64,000 bases of DNA from Candidatus Omnitrophota bacterium (GCA_043812955.1 JBDRLN010000061.1:7231-71230), one strand, 5' to 3'; numbered from the stretch's first letter, positions 51,374-61,061 are shown. Program-made: numbers and translations. The notes: a model not told the origin generated them from the letters alone.

Positions 51374-52909
51374 CTATGAACTAATTATTGCCTCAATTAA
51401 GGCTCTTGCCTTATTCTGTGATTCCCGATATTCCCTGTTTGCGACCGAATCTAAAACAATGCCTGCCCCGGCCTGAATATAGGCATATCCGCCTTTGGCA
51501 ATGATTGTCCTAATAGTAATACAAGTATCCAGATTACCGGAAAAGCTAAAATAGCCTACGCACCCGGAATAGGCGCCGCGGCGGGTATTCTCCAGCTCAT
51601 CGATAATCTCCATTGCCCGGATCTTAGGGCTTCCGGAAACAGTCCCTGCAGGGAAACATGCCTTTAGTACATCATAAGAATTGTATTTTTTATCCAGTTC
51701 TGCCGTAACGTCGCTAACCAGATGCATCACATGGGAATACCTCTCTACGTTCATAAATTCGTTTACTTTAACCTTGCCTTTCTGGGAAATCCGGCCTAAA
51801 TCATTCCTGCCTAAATCTACCAGCATCAAATGTTCCGCCCGCTCTTTTTTATCGTTAAAAAGCTCCTGCTCAAGCAATTTGTCTTCTTTTTCATCTTTGC
51901 CCCGCCTCCTCGTGCCGGCAATAGGCCGAGTTTCCACAGCCTGCCCTTCACAGCGGACCAGCATTTCCGGAGATGAACCGATAAGAATAAAATCCTTCAA
52001 TTTTAAGAAAAACATATACGGCGAAGGATTAATGCCCCTTAATCTCCTATAAACATCAAAAGGTGGATTGCGTAAATTTATCCTGAATCTCTGGGACAAT
52101 ACTACCTGGATAATATCCCCCCGCCTGATGTATTCTTTAGCTTTATTTACTATACTGCAAAATCCGGATTTGGTGAAATTAGAGAATACTTTATTTTTAA
52201 GGCTTTTTAAGGTCAAACCCCTGCCCTTATATTTATCAATAACTGATTGATCAAAATCCCGGTGAATCGATTCTATTTTTTTTAAAGCCTCCTGATACAC
52301 CTTATTTTTTTTTAGCCTAGAAACCTTAGAGGTATCATTCGGCAATATTACATTACAGATAATTTTTATGGTATGGTTAATATGGTCAAATGCCAAAACC
52401 GTGTCAGTAAGCATAAATACGCAATCAGGCAGTCCTAGATCATCCGGATTTTTATCCGGTATTCTTTCAAAAAACCTAACCATATCGTAACCCATAAAGC
52501 CGACAAAGCCTCCGTAAAAACGGGGTAGGCCTTTGATTCTGGCAGCTTTAAAATCCGCCATAATATTTTTTAACTCAGCGAGTGGATTTGACCGAGTAGT
52601 AAAACGGCTGACCTTCTTATTTTTATTAAAACATAAATAGTTATAGCCCTGAGATGACGGCTGGTAGATTATCTCGATATTCTTGCCCTTGCTTTTAAAA
52701 ACTAAAGAAGGCTCACTGCCTAAAAAAGAATACCGGGCAACTTTCTCCTGGCCTTCAACAGATTCCAGTAAAAAAGCATAATCATTCTTTTTTACCTTAA
52801 GGAAACTGGAAACCGGAGTATCCAAATCAGCGCTGATCTCCTTGTAAACCGGAATGACATTGCTGGTTTTAGATAACCTTAGAAATTCCTTTAATGATGG
52901 AGTATACAT
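51374..52909 (-). CDS. Chorismate-utilising enzyme: anthranilate synthase component I / aminodeoxychorismate synthase family
   Basis: 511 aa. Chorismate-binding C-terminal motifs PAGTVSGSPK and GAYSGCVGYF. No adjacent dedicated TrpG/PabA. Confidence 0.75.
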   Translation of the reverse strand: MYTPSLKEFLRLSKTSNVIPVYKEISADLDTPVSSFLKVKKNDYAFLLESVEGQEKVARYSFLGSEPSLVFKSKGKNIEIIYQPSSQGYNYLCFNKNKKVSRFTTRSNPLAELKNIMADFKAARIKGLPRFYGGFVGFMGYDMVRFFERIPDKNPDDLGLPDCVFMLTDTVLAFDHINHTIKIICNVILPNDTSKVSRLKKNKVYQEALKKIESIHRDFDQSVIDKYKGRGLTLKSLKNKVFSNFTKSGFCSIVNKAKEYIRRGDIIQVVLSQRFRINLRNPPFDVYRRLRGINPSPYMFFLKLKDFILIGSSPEMLVRCEGQAVETRPIAGTRRRGKDEKEDKLLEQELFNDKKERAEHLMLVDLGRNDLGRISQKGKVKVNEFMNVERYSHVMHLVSDVTAELDKKYNSYDVLKACFPAGTVSGSPKIRAMEIIDELENTRRGAYSGCVGYFSFSGNLDTCITIRTIIAKGGYAYIQAGAGIVLDSVANREYRESQNKARALIEAIISS

Positions 52910-52915
52910 ATTAAT

Positions 52916-53030
52916 CCTAGTAGGTAGTATTTAGGGTTTCCCTAATACCTATCTATTAACTACCCTATACTGAATCAGTAGGTAGTATTTAATAAAAACC
53001 CTAACTCCTACCTACTACATACTAAATACT
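52916..53030. repeat. Family-F element, copy 2
   Basis: agtaggtagtattta repeated directly (52919-52933 and 52977-52991), and it ends with ccctaactcctacctactacatactaaatact. It sits between hisI and the trpE-like gene. Confidence 0.75.
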
Positions 53031-53034
53031 ATCT

Positions 53035-53364
53035 TTATATTGTTCTATAAAAACATGACCTATTGCCGGTGTGACAGGCAACGCCCACCTGCCTGACCTT
53101 GACCAGGAGCGCGTCCATATCGCAATCAAAAGCAATGGATTTTACAAGTTGAAAATTTCCGGAGGTCCCCCCCTTAACCCAATATTCTCTTCTCGAACGC
53201 GACCAAAAACAAGTCTTGCCTAATTTTAAGCTCCGCTGAATCGACTCTTTATTCATATAAGCGACCATCAGCACATCTTTAGTTTTGTAATCCTGGACTA
53301 CCGCCGGTATTAAACCGGTCTTATCAAATTTTAAATCCTTAATCTTAAACTTTTTATCTTTCAT
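53035..53364 (-). CDS. hisI: Phosphoribosyl-AMP cyclohydrolase (HisI domain only)
   Basis: 109 aa. Zn-binding C..C..H..C region ([10 protein letters not shown]...CHTGNRSCF). Confidence 0.85.
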   Translation of the reverse strand: MKDKKFKIKDLKFDKTGLIPAVVQDYKTKDVLMVAYMNKESIQRSLKLGKTCFWSRSRREYWVKGGTSGNFQLVKSIAFDCDMDALLVKVRQVGVACHTGNRSCFYRTI

Positions 53365-53374
53365 TTTTTATGAT

Positions 53375-53420
53375 CCCTAATTTGCCCTACCTACTACATA
53401 CTACCTACTATCTACTAAAT
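53375..53420. repeat. Family-F element, copy 3
   Basis: ccctaatttgccctacctactacatactacctactatctactaaat. It sits between hisF and hisI. Confidence 0.7.
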
Positions 53421-53421
53421 A

Positions 53422-54192
53422 TTATATTCGCATTTCTACTCCCTTACTGCGCAGATATTCTTTAACCTGTTTAATGCTAAATTCTCCGTAATGAAAAAGC
53501 GAAGCGGCCAAACAGGCATCCGCGCCAGCCTTATCTAAAATATCAAAAAAATGCTCCATTTTTCCCGCGCCGCCTGAAGCTATAATCGGGATGTTTACAC
53601 TATCGCTGACTGCCTTGGTTAAATCCAGATCATAGCCTTCCTTAGTGCCGTCATAATCCATACTAGTCAAAAGTATCTCGCCCGCACCTAATTCCGCAGC
53701 CTGTTTAGCCCAATTTACAGCATCCAGGTCAACAGGCGTTCTTCCGCCATTAATAAACACTTCCCACCCAGCCTCTGCGTGCAGGGGCCGGGTCTTTTTA
53801 GCGTCTATAGCGACAACAATACACTGGCTGCCGAATCTATCCGACGCCTCTTTAATCAATCCCGGATATTTAACTGCCGCGCTATTTATCGAAACTTTAT
53901 CCGCTCCGGCATTTAACAGGTCCCGGATATCGTTAATATCCCGTATGCCTCCGCCGACAGTAAAAGGCATAAATATATTTATGGCTATATCTTTCACTAA
54001 ATCAATCAGCGTCTTCCTATTTTCAAAACTGGCGGTAATATCTAGAAAAACCAGTTCATCCGCCTGCTGACAATCATAAACCCTAGCTACTTCTACAGGA
54101 TCACCAGCGTCACGCAGGCCTAAAAATTTTATCCCCTTGACTACCCTGCCATCTTTTATATCCAAACAGGGAATAATACGCTTAGTTAACAT
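53422..54192 (-). CDS. hisF: Imidazole glycerol phosphate synthase cyclase subunit
   Basis: 256 aa, [14 protein letters not shown]... Confidence 0.9.
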   Translation of the reverse strand: MLTKRIIPCLDIKDGRVVKGIKFLGLRDAGDPVEVARVYDCQQADELVFLDITASFENRKTLIDLVKDIAINIFMPFTVGGGIRDINDIRDLLNAGADKVSINSAAVKYPGLIKEASDRFGSQCIVVAIDAKKTRPLHAEAGWEVFINGGRTPVDLDAVNWAKQAAELGAGEILLTSMDYDGTKEGYDLDLTKAVSDSVNIPIIASGGAGKMEHFFDILDKAGADACLAASLFHYGEFSIKQVKEYLRSKGVEMRI

Positions 54193-54625
54193 GCGCCTTT
54201 AACAACTCCCAGGTTTTTTTGCCTACCTTGCCGTCAGCATGCAGATTGTTAGCTTTTTGAAAATTTTTAATCGCCTCTACAGTATTCTTTCCGATCTTCC
54301 CGTCAATATTGCCATTATAAAAATTGGCATTCTTTAAAGCAGTCTGGATCGCCTTAGGGGTGGGGCGAATTTTAATCTTGAGGTCAGCTTTCTCAATAGA
54401 GAAACTTTTGACTGCCACTTCTTTTTCTGCGCTAGCCTTATTCAGGGCTTCTTTTAAATCATAAATCTCTTGATCCTTTTCTTTAAGCCTGGTCTCTAAA
54501 ACCCTAATCTGATTTTTCAAACCCTGTGACTCTAAGCCCGGTTTTCTGCCCATAGTAGCACAGCCACTGATTAAAACTAGAATAAAACCACAGATTAAAA
54601 ACATAACACCTTTCACCCTAAGCAT
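54182..54625 (-). CDS. Small lipoprotein with coiled-coil segment and C-terminal peptidoglycan-binding (PG_binding_1-like) domain
   Basis: 147 aa. LVLISGC lipobox. C-terminal [39 protein letters not shown]. It is embedded between hisA and hisF and overlaps hisF by 11 nt. Confidence 0.7.
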   Translation of the reverse strand: MLRVKGVMFLICGFILVLISGCATMGRKPGLESQGLKNQIRVLETRLKEKDQEIYDLKEALNKASAEKEVAVKSFSIEKADLKIKIRPTPKAIQTALKNANFYNGNIDGKIGKNTVEAIKNFQKANNLHADGKVGKKTWELLKAHVN

Positions 54626-54636
54626 ATTCTCACCCC

Positions 54637-55359
54637 CTATTTTAATCTCAAGGCCTGTCTTAAAATAAGCTTCTGCTCATATAAAGCCTTGCCTATTATT
54701 ATTCCGGTCAAACCAAACTTCTCTAGTTTTTTTAAACCAGCTACATCTTTAAGACAGGAAACGCCACCTGAAGCAATAACTCCTATTCTCGATTTTTGCA
54801 TAAGATCTTTTATGCCCCGCGTATTCGGGCCCTTAAGCATACCATCTTTTGATGTATCGGTATAAATAATTTCTTTAAACCGTAAACCTTTTAAATATAC
54901 GGCAAAGGTCAACAGGTCAAATCCCTTACATGTCCCTTTCCACCCCCTAGTTTTTATCCGGCTCCCTTTAGCGTCAATACTAACAATAATCCGGGACCCA
55001 AACTTATTACAAGCTTCTTTTAAGAAATCCCTATCCTCAATTGCCCTGGTCCCTAAAACCACCCGGTATACGCCAAAATTAAGCAATTCTTTTATTGTCT
55101 GAATATTTCTTACTCCGCCGCCAAATTCAACCGGTATATTTACGGAATTTAATATTTTCTTTAATAGCGACTTATTCTTAAGGACGCCGGAAAAAGCTCC
55201 GTCTAAATCCACCACGTGCAATAATTTAGCCCCCTGCCTTTCCCAACCTAAAGCGATCTCACAGGGATCCTGAGAATATTCAACCTTATCTTTAACCTTG
55301 CCCTGGCATAGCCTTACTACACAACCGTCTTTTAAATCTATTGCCGGTATTATTAGCAT
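54637..55359 (-). CDS. hisA: ProFAR isomerase HisA
   Basis: 240 aa, MLIIPAIDLKDGCVVRL... Confidence 0.9.
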   Translation of the reverse strand: MLIIPAIDLKDGCVVRLCQGKVKDKVEYSQDPCEIALGWERQGAKLLHVVDLDGAFSGVLKNKSLLKKILNSVNIPVEFGGGVRNIQTIKELLNFGVYRVVLGTRAIEDRDFLKEACNKFGSRIIVSIDAKGSRIKTRGWKGTCKGFDLLTFAVYLKGLRFKEIIYTDTSKDGMLKGPNTRGIKDLMQKSRIGVIASGGVSCLKDVAGLKKLEKFGLTGIIIGKALYEQKLILRQALRLK

Positions 55360-55375
55360 ATTTCCATATCAGGCA

Positions 55376-55448
55376 GGGACGGTTCTCAAGCCAAAGCTAA
55401 ACTGTCCCCAAAAAAGGGACACTTTAAGATCAAGTTAAGAACCGTCCC
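55376..55448 (-). repeat. Family-G nested hairpin element, copy 2 (central palindrome inverted relative to copy 1)
   Basis: The outer GGGACGGTTCT / AGAACCGTCCC arms match copy 1. The centre reads TGTCCCCAAAAAAGGGACA, against TGTCCCTTTTTTGGGGACA in copy 1. It fills the hisH-hisA spacer. Confidence 0.8.
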
Positions 55449-55454
55449 TGCATT

Positions 55455-56105
55455 TTATAATTCAACGAAGTTTTTCAATATTTTCAGTCCCACAGCCTGG
55501 CTTTTCTCAGGATGAAACTGCACACCGATTATATTATCCTGCCAGACCACAGAAGCAAAATTAATCCCATAATCAGTAGTGGCGGCAACTACGGCTTTAT
55601 CCTCAGGCTGCGGATAATAAGAATGGCAGAAATAAACATAAGGCTTCTCTGACAGCCCCCTTAATAACGGGCATTCCTTTATCCCTGGCCCCTTATCACC
55701 TTCCTGTCGCTGAGGCAGACTTATCCCTGTATTCAACTGGTTCCAACCCATATGCGGGACTTTTAAACCCCTACCAGGAACAAATTTTTTTACCTCTCCT
55801 CTTAATACTCCTAAGCCTTTAACGCCATTAGATTCTTCGCTAGTTTCAAATAACAGCTGCATGCCTAAACATATTCCTAAAAATATCTTCTTATGTTTTA
55901 TAGCATCAATAACAGCTGAAATTAAACCCTGCCTATCCATCTCGGATACAGCGTCAGCAAAAGCCCCCACACCGGGAAGGACTATCTTTTCGCATTTATT
56001 CAATACTTCAGGCTTATTAGTCAATAAAACCTTAGCGCCTAAAGACTTTAGAGCCTTTTGAACGCTATGGATGTTGCCCATTCCATAATCAATTATCCCG
56101 ATCAT
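55455..56105 (-). CDS. hisH: Imidazole glycerol phosphate synthase glutamine amidotransferase subunit
   Basis: 216 aa. GICLGMQLL catalytic Cys and the HPEKS motif. Confidence 0.9.
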   Translation of the reverse strand: MIGIIDYGMGNIHSVQKALKSLGAKVLLTNKPEVLNKCEKIVLPGVGAFADAVSEMDRQGLISAVIDAIKHKKIFLGICLGMQLLFETSEESNGVKGLGVLRGEVKKFVPGRGLKVPHMGWNQLNTGISLPQRQEGDKGPGIKECPLLRGLSEKPYVYFCHSYYPQPEDKAVVAATTDYGINFASVVWQDNIIGVQFHPEKSQAVGLKILKNFVEL

Positions 56106-56130
56106 TTTTTAATTATATTCCACAGATATA

Positions 56131-56200
56131 CACGGATGCAAAGAACGGATAAAAACGGATAATCCGTGGAGATCCGTTAATAAATCAGTGCAAATCCGTG
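56131..56200 (-). promoter_or_regulatory. Nested ACGGAT/ATCCGT palindrome array (3 direct + 3 inverted copies, roughly helically phased) in the hisB-hisH spacer
   Basis: CACGGAT(56131-56137), AACGGAT(56144-56150), ACGGATaATCCGT(56155-56167), ATCCGTT(56172-56178), ATCCGTG(56194-56200). Each 7-mer pairs with its mirror partner. Confidence 0.6.
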
Positions 56201-56210
56201 ACTTAATCAT

Positions 56211-56816
56211 TTAATCAATTATTCCTTTAGTGGAAGGAATACCCTTTCTACGCGGATCAATTTGGGTGGCCTGATCTAAAGCAATGCCCAAAGCCTTAAA
56301 TACTGGTTCTAAAATTGCGTGTAAATCCGGACTCGTGTTCTCTATTTTGATATTAAGATTTGCCCCTAACTGTTGCGCCAGCGATTCAAAAAAATGCTGA
56401 GCATATTCAGCTTTATATTTTTCTTTAATCTGCGCGCCAGTAAGTACGCCCGGAATGTCCGGGGTTAATTCAAGAGAAGACCGACCGCAGATATCAATCG
56501 TAACGTTAGCGGTTATGTTTTCCATCGGCGCCGAAGCAGAACCGATCCTCTTTATACCCTTTTTGTCTCCGAGCGCCCTTTTGAATGCCTGGCCCAAAAC
56601 GATTGCTACATCTTCATTGGTATGGTGTATATCTACTTTTAAATCGCCCTTAGCTTCAATTTCTAAATCAAAAAGCCCCCAAAAGGCAAATAATTCCAAC
56701 ATATGATCCAGAAAACCGATACCGGTATTGATTTTCGATTTCCCTGAGCCGTCGATATTTAACTTTAGGTTTATATCAGTTTCTTTTGTCTTTCTCTTTA
56801 TCCCGGCTTTTCTCAT
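56211..56816 (-). CDS. hisB: Imidazoleglycerol-phosphate dehydratase
   Basis: The start is set at the internal ATG 56814-56816, with AGGAGA 5 nt upstream. The product begins MRKAGIKRKTKETDINLKLNIDG. Motifs HHTNEDVAI and GIGFLDHML. The track's 13-aa extension has no SD. Confidence 0.85.
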   Translation of the reverse strand: MRKAGIKRKTKETDINLKLNIDGSGKSKINTGIGFLDHMLELFAFWGLFDLEIEAKGDLKVDIHHTNEDVAIVLGQAFKRALGDKKGIKRIGSASAPMENITANVTIDICGRSSLELTPDIPGVLTGAQIKEKYKAEYAQHFFESLAQQLGANLNIKIENTSPDLHAILEPVFKALGIALDQATQIDPRRKGIPSTKGIID

Positions 56817-56919
56817 TCTATCTCCTTGAGCACCAATATACGCCGTCAGGCGCATCTAGCGAAATCCTACGAAACCCGTTACATATATAATCCGAATCTT
56901 AGGGCGTAGTAGGATCATA

Positions 56920-58146
56920 TTACTCAAACCTGGCTTTAACCGATTCCAAATGCTGACCTAATCCTTCAATACTGGCAATTTTCTCCAGAGGCTCTCTTAA
57001 TTTCTCTAAATATTTTTTAGAATAGCCAATGACATGACTGCTTTTTACAAAATCCACGGCTGATAAACCGGAGAAAAATCTGGCAGTCCCTCCGGTTGGC
57101 AATACATGGCTTGGGCCGGCAACATAATCACCGATAGCTGTCGGGCTATATGGCCCCAGAAAAATTGCTCCGGCATTACGGATACCTTTTAATAAACGCT
57201 GGTAATTCTTTACTAGGATCTCTAAATGTTCCGGGGCAATCCTATTAGAAATCTCTACTGCTTCATCCAAATTTTTAGTTAAGATTATAAACCCGTTTAC
57301 ATCAACAGCCTTTGCTTTTATCTCCTTAGCTAAACCTTTAGAATTTGTAACCAGTATAGCCAGGCCATTAACGTGCTCGGCCTGGGCTTTTAAGTCAGCG
57401 ATAATGAATTTCGGGTCGCTGGAACGATTAGCGATTATTACCAGCTCAGTTGGTCCGGCGATCATATCAATATCCACCTGGCCAAAAACCTGCCGCTTTG
57501 CTTCATTAACATAAACATTACCAGGGCCGACGATTTTATCTACCCTGGGTATCGTCTTGGTCCCGTAAGCTAAAGCGGCTATCCCCTGAGCCCCGCCTAT
57601 CCGGTAGATCTCATCAACTTTTAAAAGATTAGCTACTACTAAAATATGAGGATTAATAAACCCTTGTTTATTCGGAGGGCTGATTAACACTATTTTTTTA
57701 ACTCCTGCGATTTTAGCCGGAAGCACAGTCATATAAACCGTAGAGACCAAAGGCGCCGTGCCTGCCGGTATATAAACCCCTAATTTATCGATTGGCTGGT
57801 AATTCTCCCCCAGGATTAAGCCTTCGCTGTCTTTTATCCTCCAAGATTTTTTCAGGGTCCTGCGGTAAAAACGATTGATATTATCAATGATTATTTTGAG
57901 GCTAGAGACAAAATTCGGGCTGATATTCTGGTAGGCGCCACTGACTTCGATAGCTGAAACCTTAATCTGACGGCCGGTTAACTTCACCTTGTCAAATTTA
58001 CGGGTATATTTTAAAACCGCTTCATCGCCCAGCAGGCGAACGTCATCGATTATCTGCCTAACCTTGTCTTCTACCCTCCTGGAACGGATTAGCCCCCGGT
58101 TATAAATCTTTTCTAATTTTTGGGAGTTCGAGCGGATTATCTTCAC
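56920..58146 (-). CDS. hisD: Histidinol dehydrogenase (GTG start)
   Basis: 408 aa. Start GTGAAGATA, preceded by GAAGGTGCGGG, the same module as rpmC. Confidence 0.85.
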   Translation of the reverse strand: MKIIRSNSQKLEKIYNRGLIRSRRVEDKVRQIIDDVRLLGDEAVLKYTRKFDKVKLTGRQIKVSAIEVSGAYQNISPNFVSSLKIIIDNINRFYRRTLKKSWRIKDSEGLILGENYQPIDKLGVYIPAGTAPLVSTVYMTVLPAKIAGVKKIVLISPPNKQGFINPHILVVANLLKVDEIYRIGGAQGIAALAYGTKTIPRVDKIVGPGNVYVNEAKRQVFGQVDIDMIAGPTELVIIANRSSDPKFIIADLKAQAEHVNGLAILVTNSKGLAKEIKAKAVDVNGFIILTKNLDEAVEISNRIAPEHLEILVKNYQRLLKGIRNAGAIFLGPYSPTAIGDYVAGPSHVLPTGGTARFFSGLSAVDFVKSSHVIGYSKKYLEKLREPLEKIASIEGLGQHLESVKARFE

Positions 58147-58225
58147 CCCGCACCTTCTTTCTTGATAAGAATTCCAGCACCATTTATCTTATAATCATTT
58201 AATTTTCTAGACGGTGCGATATTCA
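58141..58225 (-). repeat. Family-E element, copy 2 (cttcaccccgcaccttc spanning the hisD start; ttccagcacc; partial complement acggtgcg)
   Basis: An 18-mer identical to 21009-21026, and ggtgctgga also shared with copy 1. The upstream complementary arm is degenerate (6 bp: CGCACC/GGUGCG). Confidence 0.65.
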
Positions 58226-60895
58226 TTATAGCGCCTCAATAATCTTAATTAATTCCGCAAATGCTTGTGAAAAATTTTCAGGCCTAGTTCCGCCAGCCTG
58301 GGCAAAATCACTCCGTCCTCCGCCGCTTCCACCTAATACCGATGCTACCTGTTGCACGAATTTACCGGCGCTTAAACCCTGGTCAACTAAATCTTTAGTT
58401 AAACCGATAACTAGTATTGCCTTGTTATCTCTGACTGACCCTAAAGCAATGATCGCGTTATCAGTCTTTTGCTTGATCAGATCTACGGTTTTCCTCAGTA
58501 TATCCATCGATGAATCCTCGATAACTTTAGTGATGACTTTTTTTCCCTTTATTAACATTGCCTCCTGAACCAAACTGTCAACCCCAGAGGTTGCCACGGT
58601 TAATTTCTGAGAACTAAGCTGTTTCTCCATATCCCTGGCGCTAGAGAGCCTTTTTTGGACTTCCGAAACGATTTTTTCCATAGGCGCAGTTAAAATCGAA
58701 ACCAGCGATTCAATCACCTCTTCCTGTTTTTTAATCTCCTGATATGCCCCTAAACCCGTACGCGCCTCTATCCTTCTTACTCCGCTGGCAACCGAACCCT
58801 CGCTGATTATTTTAAATAAACCGATTGAGCCGGTATTATCCAAATGCGTCCCCGCGCAAAGCTCCTTAGAAACACCCTCAACTGAAACCACCCTGACTTT
58901 ATCATCATATTTCTCGCCAAAAAAAGCCAGGGCCCCAAGTTTTTTAGCCTGGATTAAAGACATCTCTTTCTTTTGCACTGGATGATTCTGGAGAATAAAA
59001 TCATTTACTAATTTCTCAATCCTATCCAACTCTCCTTTATCTATATTTTTAAAATGCGTAAAATCAAAACGCATCCTCTCCTGAGCAACCAATGAACCCT
59101 GTTGCTGCACATGAGGGCCTAAAACTTTTCTTAAAACTGCCTGCAAAAGATGGGTGGCGGTGTGATTCCTGGCTACCGACATCCGAAAATCATTATTCAG
59201 CTGCGCTAAAACTTCGTCGCCTTTTTTAAATTTACCCTGCTTAACTTTACCAAGATGGGCTGTCACTTCGCCTAATTTAACGCTGTTTGAGACTGCGAAT
59301 ATATTTTTACCCTTTACTATTTCACCGATATCTCCGACCTGCCCTCCGGACTCGCCATAAAAAACAGTCTGATCCAGAATAATAACTGCTTCTTCACCAG
59401 GCAATACCTGATTTTTCTCAATATATTCATTATCTAATATAATCAGTATCGAGGCATCAGTTAAATCTTTTGTATACCCCAAGAATTTAGTATTCTTAAC
59501 TCTGAGGGTAACTTGGCCACCAGAAAAAACATCGCCTTTCATTTTACTAAATGATTTTGAAAGGTTCTTCTGTTTATCAAGCTCATTTTGAAAAGATGCT
59601 TCAAAATTTTCGTTTACCTTGATATGCTTTTTATATAGCTCATCCTTGGTTATTTCCAAAGGGATGCCGTTAGTATCATATAATCTATAGCCGGAAATAC
59701 CTAAAGCCCCAGAGGTAGTTGAGCTAGCGCAAATATATCCTTCTATGTTTGGATCATTTTCTAGCCCTGTTTTAACTTTCTTAATTTCACTATCTACTAA
59801 AGCGCTACTCAAACGCAAGGTATTTATAAAATTATTTTCTTCGGCCAGAATAACCTCAGCAATATCTTCCCGGCGTTTATCCAGATCCGGATATGGATTC
59901 TTCATCACCGCTGATAATACCGGCACCAGGGTATAAAGAAATGCGGATTTTAAACCCATACCCCTTAAATGCATAATTGATTTACGGATCAATTTCCTGA
60001 CCACATAACCCCTGCCTTCATTTGAAGGCATGACGCCGTCGTATATAGCAAAAACTATTGCCCGTAAATGATCAGAAATAGCGTATAAATCTTTAGCGCC
60101 GGGTGATTTCTTTGCTGAGTTGCGGATTTCGTTGATTATCGGTTGAAACAAATCAGTCTCAAAATTATTACTTTTACCTTGCATAATCCGGGCTAACCTC
60201 TCTAATCCCATTCCGGTATCAATATTTTTTTTAGGCAAAGGTTCCAGCAGGCCGCCATCTTTACGGTTAAACTGAGTAAACACTAAGTTCCAAACCTCAA
60301 CAAATCTTCCACAGCTGCAAGCAGGCGAACATTCGGTCTTTTTACAGCCAATATCAGGGCCAAAATCCAGGAATATCTCCGAGCAGGGACCGCACGGCCC
60401 GTTAGGCCCTTTTTGTTTAGCCTCTGCCGGCCAAAAATTATCTTTATCCCCAAGTTTAACTATTTTTTTTCCCGGAATCTTAATTTTATCTCTCCAGATC
60501 TTATAGGCTTCATCATCATCCTGGTAAACCGAAACCCAAAGGTCTCCTTCTTTAATATTTAGCTCTTTAGTTAGAAACTCCCAGGCCCAGACAATCGCGT
60601 CTTCTTTAAAATAATCTCCGAAAGAAAAATTTCCCAGCATTTCAAAAAATGTATGGTGAGAATCAGTCTTGCCCACTTTATCCAAATCATCGGTGCGCAG
60701 GCAACGCTGGGAGCTAGCTGCCCGGGTAAAACCCGTAAGCTGACCCAGAAACTGTTTTTTAAACTGGTTCATCCCCGCCGGCGTAAATAAAACAGTCGGG
60801 TCATCCTTAGGCACTAAAGAGTCGCTTTCAACTAGCTTATGCTTTTTGGATTTAAAAAAGGTTAAAAATTTTTCTCTTAATATATCTGTCTTCAT
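58226..60895 (-). CDS. alaS: Alanine--tRNA ligase
   Basis: 889 aa. Class II core, editing domain HxxxH...CxxxH, C-terminal DHHA1. Confidence 0.9.
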   Translation of the reverse strand: MKTDILREKFLTFFKSKKHKLVESDSLVPKDDPTVLFTPAGMNQFKKQFLGQLTGFTRAASSQRCLRTDDLDKVGKTDSHHTFFEMLGNFSFGDYFKEDAIVWAWEFLTKELNIKEGDLWVSVYQDDDEAYKIWRDKIKIPGKKIVKLGDKDNFWPAEAKQKGPNGPCGPCSEIFLDFGPDIGCKKTECSPACSCGRFVEVWNLVFTQFNRKDGGLLEPLPKKNIDTGMGLERLARIMQGKSNNFETDLFQPIINEIRNSAKKSPGAKDLYAISDHLRAIVFAIYDGVMPSNEGRGYVVRKLIRKSIMHLRGMGLKSAFLYTLVPVLSAVMKNPYPDLDKRREDIAEVILAEENNFINTLRLSSALVDSEIKKVKTGLENDPNIEGYICASSTTSGALGISGYRLYDTNGIPLEITKDELYKKHIKVNENFEASFQNELDKQKNLSKSFSKMKGDVFSGGQVTLRVKNTKFLGYTKDLTDASILIILDNEYIEKNQVLPGEEAVIILDQTVFYGESGGQVGDIGEIVKGKNIFAVSNSVKLGEVTAHLGKVKQGKFKKGDEVLAQLNNDFRMSVARNHTATHLLQAVLRKVLGPHVQQQGSLVAQERMRFDFTHFKNIDKGELDRIEKLVNDFILQNHPVQKKEMSLIQAKKLGALAFFGEKYDDKVRVVSVEGVSKELCAGTHLDNTGSIGLFKIISEGSVASGVRRIEARTGLGAYQEIKKQEEVIESLVSILTAPMEKIVSEVQKRLSSARDMEKQLSSQKLTVATSGVDSLVQEAMLIKGKKVITKVIEDSSMDILRKTVDLIKQKTDNAIIALGSVRDNKAILVIGLTKDLVDQGLSAGKFVQQVASVLGGSGGGRSDFAQAGGTRPENFSQAFAELIKIIEAL

Positions 60896-61061
60896 CTCAT
60901 AGACTGGGGACCAGGTCCCTTCGCTCTAACGTTATACACTACAGTAATTTCCAGCAAGTCAGTATTAACTTTTTCAAAGTTATACTTATATTAAAAAAAT
61001 GCAAAGTGACTATCTGTAACTAGTATATGCTGCAATTGGTTATATTGAATGGACCAGTCCC

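Noticed and set aside
22630-53380. TTAGGG/CCCTAA telomere-like hexamers inside family-F elements.
   Set aside because: They are a coincidental part of the longer CCCTAA(T)...CCTACCTAC core. No tandem hexamer repeats are present.
12854-55448. Possibility that the dispersed repeats are a CRISPR array or arrays.
   Set aside because: Repeats are not in regularly spaced tandem arrays with unique spacers. They are single hairpin modules at separate intergenic sites, and no cas genes are present.
56817-56855. 13-aa N-terminal extension of hisB (MRLTAYIGAQGDR).
   Set aside because: There is no SD before it. A strong AGGAGA sits 5 nt before the internal ATG, where IGPD homology begins.
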